64,000 nt of DNA, from the NCBI GenBank assembly GCA_965153455.1, contig OZ234493.1, positions 13,630,213 to 13,694,212 on the forward strand. The letters run 5' to 3'. The stretch comes from Sphagnum compactum (Eukaryota). This document shows positions 54,301 to 64,000 of the stretch, one piece after another (position 1 is the stretch's first letter; every line of letters begins with the position of its first letter). The translations under genes were made by a program, and so were the position numbers. The notes under the pieces were generated by a model, which worked only from the letters and a program-made list of their open reading frames with translations, did no database searches and was not told where the DNA came from.

Positions 54301-57300
54301 TTTGTTGATGTGTCTAGGAGGGACGAGATGACATGAAAAAGCGGCCAAAGCCTGCACCTCGCTTCATTAGCATTCAAGAAGTCAAGTATGTACCTGCTGA
54401 ATTTTCTGACAATTGTTGAAGTCAAAACAATGTCCCAAACAAGAGAGTGCTTTCTGGTCTTTTATATTAAGTGATGTATATGCTGCTTAGATGTTGGAAC
54501 CAGTGGACAGCCAATGGATCCTTCAACCCATTTGTAGCAACATGCTTCTTGTAATATTGTCACCTTGCACAGTAACCAAATCAACTGAAATGTGCAGCTA
54601 AAACTTCTGCATACTGGAGGTCAAATTTCCACAATCATGTGTGATGTGAACTGATTGTTTGACATTCCTCATGATTCATTCAGAGATCTGAGAATACCCG
54701 TGGATCGCAAGCGTGATGGAGCCACAGGGGAGTTCTTTGATTACTTTGGTGGCTTGATGTTCAAGGATGGCTACTTCTACAAAAATGTGTCATTGAAAAC
54801 CATAGATGCAAAGGGGATCGAACCATCTTTGGATGAACTGCAGAAGTTTCAGAAACCAGGAGAGGATGGATTAGAGGCAATGGGACTGCCTCCAGCAGCA
54901 GCAAGGACCCGAGGTCAGTTTATGAAAGGAGATACAGTTGTGGTTGCTGAAGGTGATTTGCGCAATCTTATGGGAATTGTGGAGAAGGTGGACGATGACA
55001 GTGTTTTCATCCGGCCGAAAAACAAGGATCTAAAGGTAATAATTTTGAGTGTGTTTGGAGAGGCCCAACTGAAAGCATCTATGTGTCATTCTTTTCTGTT
55101 CACATTTGAATAGCTATGCAGATTGCCATCAACATCATAGTGTTGATATGCGAGGGGTTCGCATTACTAATTTTTGTTTGCTCTGTCTCTTACTTAAGAG
55201 CATCTCCAGTGGTGCTCAGTATGTGACCCTGCAAATATATTTCTCACATCAAAGTTTAGTTATTTACTTTTGTCCAACCCCACACGTAAAACTTAAACTG
55301 GGACTGCAAATAGGTGGTGAGTACTAATAGCAAACCATCTGGAGCAATCATTATGATTGGCCAATCAGAAACAGGGAGCAGCAGTCAGATCATATCTATT
55401 ACACTGTTCTCTGGCAGGTGTCAGGCTTTATTGTGCCTTTTACCAGCCTCAGCAAACTGTGCAAAAATGCTGGTCCAAAACCATTATGACTTGTTTGCAT
55501 CCAATTTTAATTTGCAGTGTCACATACTGAGCACCAGTGGAGTTGCTCAATTAAACCCTGCTCTCTATCACGAATCAGTTATGGCACAGATGGATATCAC
55601 GTGGGATTCACACTGACTTACATCATGTTTCTTGCAGGGGACTTTGACATTCAAAGACAGGCAACTACGTAAATTTTTCAAAACTGGTGACCATGTCAAA
55701 GTGATAGCTGGGAAGCATGAGGGTGCAACTGGCATGATTGTGAAAATTAAAAACAATGTGATCACCCTCCATTCAGATACCACACGAGAGGATGTAAGTA
55801 CTTCAACTCTTTGAGTGGTCTCTAAGTTAGTCACAGATTCTCAGGAGAGAATGAAAAAAATAGAGTTCTAGGTTGGCTACAGACCCATTGTATACTGATG
55901 CCTTCCCAAGGGTGCATGATGTGGCCTTGTTATTGTGCAGATTGATGTTTTTTCAAGCAACATTGTAGAGAGCTCTGAAATTACCTCAGGCATAACAAAA
56001 TTGGGTGATTATGAACTGCATGACCTTGTTGCCCTTGAGTTAGTCCCTTCCCCTGCAAATCCCTTCCACAAAGAAAGTTCTGGCTATAGAGGTGTTACAT
56101 AATTTTAGCTGCCTGCTATGTGCATGAAATCAATTGGTTTCTCAATTAGATGTGATGTGGTGTATTTGGAACTTCAAAAAAATTGACGTTTATACTACTG
56201 TGTTCAGTAGGTGCCTATGCTAGTCAACATTCAGTTTTTTGACAACATTTGTGATTGTTTGCTTTTCCAGCCAATCAACAGTTGGGGTAATTGTCAGGGT
56301 TGAGAAGGATGGTTTTCAGGTACACCATAGCTGTGACTAGATGCAGAGTTTGTGGTCTGAACCACTTTCATGTGTTCTGTCTTCTGTTTGATTTCCTGCA
56401 GTTACACCATAGTTGTGATTCGGGTTTGCATGGTCAGGAGGTGGCCCTTAGGTTTCCAGTGGTCTGCACCACTGTAGATTTCTCACAGTCTACACTGCTA
56501 AGAATGGGTTCTTAGAAGTTTTGGAGTTTGTTGCAGATACTGAAAGGGACCCCAGAAAGGGCAGAGGTGGTACCTGTAAAGCCAAGGGACATACGTAGGA
56601 AGCTTTTTGAAAAGAATCTCAGGTCGCAAGACCGGGACATGAATGTTGTGAGCATTAAAGATATTGTGCGGGTTTCAGAGGGCCACTATAAGGTTAGATC
56701 TAGACCTGATAAATCAATTGGCTTACTGTGATTTGCCATTTCAGGCATCTGTAGCAGTCTTGAGGACACTAACTCAGAATTGAGAAGGATACAGTGGCTT
56801 ATTGAACACTACTGTTATCTGGCCCATGGTTATCTAGATAGATTTTTTGTTCCTGGAGATGGCAGCAGTATGAGTAGAGTTCTTGCACTGTAACATTGAC
56901 CAGTGTACTCTTTCATCCCAACTCAATGCTGTGCAATGCACTGCCAAGGCAGGGAAAGGAGGGGCCAATTGAACATATACATCGAGGCATTTTGTTCATA
57001 CATGATCGGCGTCATTTGGAAAATGGGGGTTTCCTTTGCGTTCGGGCACGTGCATGCCTAGCTCTTGGTGGCTCTCACCGTGGAATCGAGAGACCAGTAA
57101 GTGCTTGTACCATGTTCATGACAAAGTGTCTGTCTGATGCAGGAAGAGAGTGACATTTATAATTTTCTTATTCTAGCTGCTACATGTTCAAGAGCAGGCC
57201 AGACTGTTCTTTGTGCAGTTTTCTTTCTCAGATGTGGCAAGATGATGATACTGAGGCACTGAATGATATGCAGAAGTTTGGAGCAACACTATCAAATGGG

Positions 57301-60300
57301 CTGAATTCTTCTGTAAACGTACTACAGTCTCCAAGAAGGGACACTCCATATGCCCCTACAGGTGTGTAGTCAGACCTCCTTGGTTATGCTGCTTTGTTTT
57401 GGCCTGCCCTTTACATTGCCACTGTCTGTCTAATTCTGATAGCATTGCATAAAGAGCCAAGTTGGTGTTTAAATGTCTGTTAACCAGATATAGCTGGTTT
57501 GATCTCAAAGCCTCCAAGCTTAATAGGGATCCTTCTCGTGTGTCATATGGTTTGGTGGTGATTGCAGGGAATTTTCCAAGGGGAAGAGGAGGTTTTAGAA
57601 GAGATGATGGTGTGGTGGGACGAACTGTCAAGGTCCGCATGGGTCCTTTCAAGGGCTACCGTGGTCGAGTTGTGGATGCCACTGATTCCACAGTCCGCAT
57701 TGAGTTGGAATCTCAAATGAAAGTTGTCACAGGTGCTTCTGACCCATCAATTGGACATCAGTTGGACAGCTTTTTACTACTGTGGATGTTGAGTCTGAGA
57801 CTCACGATTGAGATTGCTGTTGCTTGCTGTGGATTAATAATCTATGTATCATGGCAACACATAATCATCTAATGGTTCTGGTGGTTTGCAGTTAGAAGGG
57901 ATCAGCTGTCAGATCTTGCAGATATTACACCAAGTTATCAGAGCCAACACCGGTATGTAATTATTTAGACCTATGCAGTGCAGTGGTGGTCAGTATAGTC
58001 TTTGCCACTTCTATTAAGGGGGTTTAGGGTATAACCCTAAACCCTAAACCAATCACGTAAGGCAATGTTTTAAGGTGTTGCATGTGAAATTATGTTGGCA
58101 TTTGGTGGGATTATCCTAATTTATGTGTATATGTGCAAAATGCAGTGAGTCTCCTCGATACGGGGCAGGCAGTGAGACACCCATGCATCCATCCAGGACA
58201 CCTATGCATCACCCTGCCTACACGAAAGACTATCCTGGTATGTCTTTCATCTGTAGATCAGTATTGCTGGTTTGATTAGTCAAAAGTACATTTGCCTTCT
58301 CACAGTCTCAATTATGAATTTGCTAATGAGATCTGGATATGATGGATGTTGTTTTTACATTACTGATCATTTGTTCTGGCAGGTACCCCTTTTCATGAGG
58401 GTATGCGTACGCCCATGCGTGACAGAGCTTGGAACCCCCATACACCAATGACACCTTTTCGGTCGGGTCTTTGTTGTTGTTAACTTTTCCAATACTCGCT
58501 GAAATGATTTATTCTGATTTATTTAGTGTCAAAACAACAGTAACAATGCTGATTAGAGCAGCATAGGAGAAAGCTATATATATGTATATGTAGCCTGTCA
58601 AAAGACAGCAAGAGGTTGTGAAATATGGGTGCTGTCCAGTGATGCAAAATCCTTGCTGACAGAATGGTGGCAAGCGTTTCCTCTTCCTCATGTTGCCTAT
58701 GTCTCTCAATTATCACTGCCCGTCATATACTCCCCTCTGATTCCAGAATCATTTCCCTATTTTCTTCTTCACCCTCTTTGTTTTCTGTAATTCCTCCTCC
58801 TGTTTCTTTTCAACTTCCTAAGCCTTGTTCAAACTGTAAATGTCATCTTGTTTATCATTTCCATTTCTCTACCCCTCCTCTTTCTGTCCATAAAAAACGG
58901 TTGAGGGATGCTTGCCAAAAGCCATCGCTGAAGCTTTAGCTATGAGAGCTGAGGACAGTTGTACCAGATGAAATGAAGCAGAGCTAGATAATATGTATTG
59001 AGATGGACTGTGGTAGATATTTGATATTGGGGGTTTTTGTGTTCTTTATTCACTTTATACAAGGATCAGCATTACAGGGTGGGAGTGGTTGAAGGATTTG
59101 GTTTTGATTTGATTGTCAAGAAATACTGTTAGTCAGCAAAGGTGTTATTGTGCTGGTGTTGGGTTCTGTAGGAGCAATGAATGGGATGAGGCAAATCCCA
59201 GCACTTGGGATAGCCATACCTCAACTCCTCAATATCAGGTTTGTGATCACTATTACAAACGCTTTTCTTGTTTTTAGCACATTCATTAGCCTGACTGATT
59301 GTGTTCATAGTAGAGCCTTCTGTACTTGAATGCTGTCTGTCACATTGATGTGTGTCACTTGTAATTGTTGCAGCCAGAAACTCCTAGTGGGAGACCCTTT
59401 GAAGCACCTACGCCTGGAGCAGGCTGGGTGTCAACACCAGGCGCCAGCTTCAGTGAAGCCGGCACACCTACTGAACCTGCGTCTTCTTTTGGTATACACA
59501 CACCCTTTCATATTTTTCTTCTGCTATGCTGGTGATTGTGTCTTATATGATGAGGGTTGAGCAATATCCAGGTGTTTGTATGAAGATATTGTAAATCCAC
59601 ACATGAGGTACTTTTGTCAGAGAAACAATTCAGTGATATCTCTTTCATTAGGAAAAAGTCTCACAGCTTGTGGCTTCTGTAACAACGTATTTTCTAATGA
59701 CAAGTTCTTTGTGTGGGCAGCTGCACCAAGTCCATATTTGCCAGGAACTCCTGGTGGTCCTCCCATGACCCCAGGTATTACTTCCTATTTGCCAGGTACT
59801 CCTGGTGGACAACCAATGACACCTGGCACTGGTGCACTTGACCCTACTTCACCTGCAATAGGTATGTGTACTTTCACGCTTGTATGAACCTTGGGTCTCT
59901 TGGCTTTCTGCTTTTTTCTGTGTTGGAGGCTTGCTTTCAATGTTTTTCTCTCATTTTGCTGGTTCTGCATCCTAGCAAATTTTTTTGGTTAATGTTTCTT
60001 CTTCTCTAGGTGGATTGTTTCCACATACATATAAAATTGTTTTTGTTACCAAAGCAGGATCAGCTAGACAAAATATTTTCTGGGCAGAATCTTTGTTCTG
60101 TTTTTTGCTTCCTGTCATACAATCTGGTTGCCTCAACAGAGAATGTGGGATGAGTAATAATTTTTGGTGCTGTGCAGGTATGGTAGGGAGTCTGGAACCA
60201 GAGTCACGCTGGGGGCTACCAGACATTGTGGTTACCATTCGCAAGCCTGGGGAAGATGCTCAACTTGGTATCATCAAAGAGTCCATGCTGGTATGTACAC

Positions 60301-60832
60301 CTTGGAGCCCTTCATCATCTTAACCTTGCATTCCATTGCCCTTGAGTTAACAAATTCAGAAGCTGGTTCCTTGTTGTATCAAAAGCACATACCGGTCATC
60401 ACATAATGTCATATTATGTTGGGCCCTGGAAGTCAAACCATCCCATCTTTTTCTATTGTTTTTGTAACATAAAGATTTAAGCAGTAGATGCCCTTTGTTA
60501 CCTTCTTGTACCATTGATAAGATGATCTCTGTACATATTGATAACAACTTCAGATTCACAGTTGAACACATGGTTTTTTTAATCTGCAGGATGGCTCATG
60601 GCGTGTGGCATTAGGCACATCAGGTGCAGGCAACATGATAACTGTCACCGAATCAGAAATGGAGCTTGTGCTTCCCAAGAAAACAGACAAAGTGAAGATA
60701 GTGTCAGGTGAGTTCCGAGGATGTGCAGGAAAACTGATGGGAATTGATGGAGCAGATGGCATAGTGAAACTAGATGATACCCTTGACATCAAGATTCTAG
60801 ATATGAGCAGCCTTGGCAAAGTTGCTACATAA
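51326..60832 (+). CDS. SPT5: Transcription elongation factor SPT5 (acidic N-terminus, NGN, KOW repeats, TP-rich C-terminal repeats, terminal KOW), 24 exons
   Basis: Exons 51326-51502, 51954-52116, 52515-52654, 52853-52951, 53176-53331, 53468-53626, 53767-53850, 54318-54385, 54684-55035, 55638-55793, 55941-56038, 56271-56319, 56537-56692, 56953-57096, (57232 or 57274)-57361, 57568-57732, 57892-57952, 58146-58237, 58383-58461, 59172-59238, 59374-59491, 59721-59861, 60178-60290, 60590-60832. Motifs: QQALLPSVKDPKLWMVKC, DHLKGYLYIE, GIYKGDLA, KLIPRIDL, GDHVKVIAG, GPFKGYRG, GSETPMHPSRTP and YLPGTPGG. Confidence 0.97.
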
Positions 60833-61299
60833 AAGGCAGGATTGTACACTTTTATCATTCCATTCCTGTTGACTGTTAGGTTTGAGAGAGTTGGGTCCTA
60901 CAGTAATGGAACTGTGGGTAGTTAAGAGTCATGAACTCTATCAACACCCAACACAGTTGTGGGCTTTAACACTATCCATTCATTTTTGCAGTTCTTGTTT
61001 CATTCCTCTTGTATTCTATTGTCACTACTCTCGGTTGGACTTTGGACTATGACAAAGAAGTTTTATAATGTAGCGGAGAGTCAATGGGGCGTTATTGGGG
61101 TTTTCAAGAAGGAAATGTCTATGTAACATCTATAGCATCCATCCATTACTACATTGCATGTTTTGTGAAGAGTTACGGATGTAAGATTAAGGCGATGGTA
61201 TCTCGTATAACTCAACATTTGCAGGTAAATCATGTGAACTATGCTTGTCATCCCATTTGTTAGTTCAAATTTAGGATATAAATATTTTTTATGAGCATG

Positions 61300-62268
61300 A
61301 CCTACATGAAGCCTACATATAATTTTTAGAATGTACATAAATTATTGGTACAAGAGCTTGAAACATGTTGCCTTATGTTGAATTGTACATCTTCACAAAA
61401 AATGGTTGTTTTAATATGTATCCCTTGCAACAATAGTACAACACGAGCAGCAAAAAAAAATTTAATTATATTCAATCATGTGGTGGTTAGATCTTTAGTT
61501 GTTTTCTTCAAATTTCAAGAATTAACATTTCAATTGATCGATAAACCTAATGCTTTAACTTGTAAATTGATCAATTTGAACATAAGGAGAACTTCTTTTC
61601 TAATTGAATTATGAATATTGATTAACTTTGGTGAAAGAGGGTTTTAAATATCAATGACCATGTCATAAAGACCATCATCAACCTTGGATGGATTTAAAAG
61701 GTTAACATTAAATTCATCTTTGCATTCATTAACAAGGTATTTTCTTCGATTTTTTTTATTTCTCATATGTGTTACTAATCCCATGGGGAAAATTACAATT
61801 CAAGTTATCATTGGTTGATTGAATTTCTGTATCCAAATGATTTTTATGCAATGATTTTAATAGCTTGATATTGTTTTCCCAATTAGAAGTTTCCAAAAAT
61901 TTGACTATTCTAGCATATGGTTCATTTTATAGGGTCATGTACATTGTATTTATGCATTGAGGTCAATAACTTTGTTATGCTAGAAACATATTTTTGTTTA
62001 CTTTTGCGACACATAAATATTCAATGTTAAGCACTAAATTTTATGTTAATTTAAACTTTTTATTTACATTGTCATCATCAAGTGCCTCAATACATATTTC
62101 AACATTATCATCATAATCATGAGCACTTTTATTGTAATGGGGATCTATCATGTTATTTTTTAACTTGATTTAATTTTGACATTCATATTTGCTTTGTTTC
62201 ATCATTCTCTACATCTTTTGATTCTTTCCATTCATATAATATTGCAATGTTATTTATAGCACATTTAT

Positions 62269-62307
<39 letters not shown>

Positions 62308-64000
62308 GATACATGGCAATTAAAAATTTCCATCCATGCAGTATTTATTGAATGTTTTATATATTTGTAAATTCTCCAAGGCAAGAAAAAATTGCAAATA
62401 AGATGTGCATAATTTTTGGGTTCACTTTTGGGCAAATCAATGGTATTTTATAACCTTGTATATTTGGGATGCAAGGGATACTATATTAATGTAGTGTATG
62501 TGTGTGTTTTTGTGAATGGCTTTCTAAAAATCGATGATATTTTGTATTGTTAAATAAAAATATTTAGTAGCAAATTCATATGGGGAGATGTTTTGCAATT
62601 CATGTGAACTATTTTGATAATTTATTCAAAAATTGAAAAATTATATATGTTGATGTATTTATATCTTATATATATTGAAAATTCATATGTGTTTTCATCT
62701 TCACAAATTTCATCAAATGGGTTTTCTTGTTCAAGAACCCACATAGATAAACTATATCAAGGTATATTGGAGAAATAAACATTTTTTATATGATTGGACA
62801 ATTTCATCAAATAACTAACAACTCTTGTTGTAAAAAATCTTGTTGAAAATCAATTGTATTTAATGAGCATATAATCAAATGATAATTTCTTTCTAAATGG
62901 TCACTTGAAATGGTTTTAAGTCAATTTCTTCAATCTTTTAACGCCAATTTTCATTAATGAATACATATGTAATGTGTATGATGTTTTGGTAATGTGATCC
63001 ATTATATAATAAATTAATGCTTTGTCATAAATTTCCAAAAGAAATTATAATTTTAAGTCATTATTACAACCACAAGCATTCATAATCCCTGGATTAACAT
63101 TATTCAACCATGTATCGTTTGTTTTTATATGCAAAAGTCCATAACCATGTTCAAAATGTGTTTCTTGTATTAAAGTTTGGAGGAATCCATGATTACAAAT
63201 ATCCATTAAATTGTGAAATCCTTGTTCAAATTGACTATGGAAATTTATATCCTTCACATTAGGAGGCCTTGTTGTACATGGATGAATAGCTTGTTGATCC
63301 ATATATTGCTCAGTTTTAATTTGAGTTTGGTCAAAATTAAGAATATTTCAACTTATGATATTGTTCAAATGCTTTAATAGACCATTTCTAATTTTTTTCA
63401 TTTATCAAATTTTACACAAACTCATTTGGGTTTGGGGTATTTGCATTCCATAATAATACATGTATATGCAATGAACCATTCAAAGCCATTCATAACAACC
63501 ATACTAGGTTAGAATCTTCCCAAGAATTCCACAATTACTTTTTACAATCACTTGGGTGTTTTTATTAGCAAAGTAATGAATAAGTAGAAGTTGCATCCCC
63601 CAAAATATGAGCAAACATAGCTTGTGCCTTCAGACTCATAACTGCTAGTTTACTTCTTTCAAATTTATTTGACAATTTTTCATCATAGAATACATCAAGA
63701 TCTATAATTTTTCTCACTTAATAAACTAATAACTAGATTATGGACACATGCAAGATTCAATGTAAAAAATAATGTATGCATGCCAAAAACAATGTATCAT
63801 ATTGAAATCTTCTCTTTCCAAAGCTTGACTACTTCCAAAAGCTAGTAATGTTTGCTAAATGCTTTAATTGGACATAATAAACTTCTTGTGTTGGATTTAC
63901 TAAATATTGATTTTGGATTGTAAATGGCATCATTAAAATAAACTAATCGAATTGTATTCAAAAGAAGAAATTCTTTTTGAAAGGATGATCTTGATATGGT
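61300..64000 (-). mobile_element. Helitron Rep/helicase relic running off the window end
   Basis: HUH-type GSLHIHVLLWNANTP (about 63430-63480), WLNNVNPGIMNACGCNNDLK (63045-63115) and KALIYYIMDHITK (about 62985-63025). Very AT-rich and stop-riddled; the left boundary is approximate. Confidence 0.78.
62272..62304. repeat. (AT)n microsatellite; others are (CTTT)n about 5311-5335, (GTAG)n about 6263-6300, (CA)n about 8984-9012, (GAAG)n about 20606-20637, (CACT)n about 30349-30371 and (TG)n(TC)n about 47323-47350
   Basis: Read directly from the sequence. Confidence 0.9.

Noticed and set aside
51326..60832. SPT5L/KTF1 (RdDM factor)
   Set aside because: There is no long WG/GW-repeat tail. The C-terminus has TP repeats and a terminal KOW, as in canonical SPT5.

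Overview
Intron-rich, AT-rich land-plant nuclear DNA, most likely a moss. A Sphagnum-like origin is inferred from the style of the PPR relic, the abundant interstitial AAACCCT repeats and the repeat families, and is not proven. I reconstructed four apparently intact genes by hand from GT-AG junctions: a phototropin (minus strand, 22 coding exons, about 1089 aa), a MAGL/CSE-family alpha/beta-hydrolase (plus, 9 exons, about 351 aa), a likely organelle-targeted YqgF/RuvX-family nuclease (minus, 7 exons, about 326 aa) and canonical SPT5 (plus, 24 exons). Two decayed PPR fragments (E+/DYW type) lie between YqgF and SPT5, with a copied SPT5 intron-exon piece between them. Intergenic and intronic DNA holds a decayed hAT transposase, a Helitron relic, TSD-flanked MITEs, a palindromic tandem array, a 92-nt hairpin and microsatellites. 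I found no rRNA, tRNA or CRISPR and cannot support a clearly new multi-gene system. The best leads are the captured SPT5 fragment, a possible dual-frame first exon in YqgF, and the palindrome/hairpin/uORF region upstream of the lipase.
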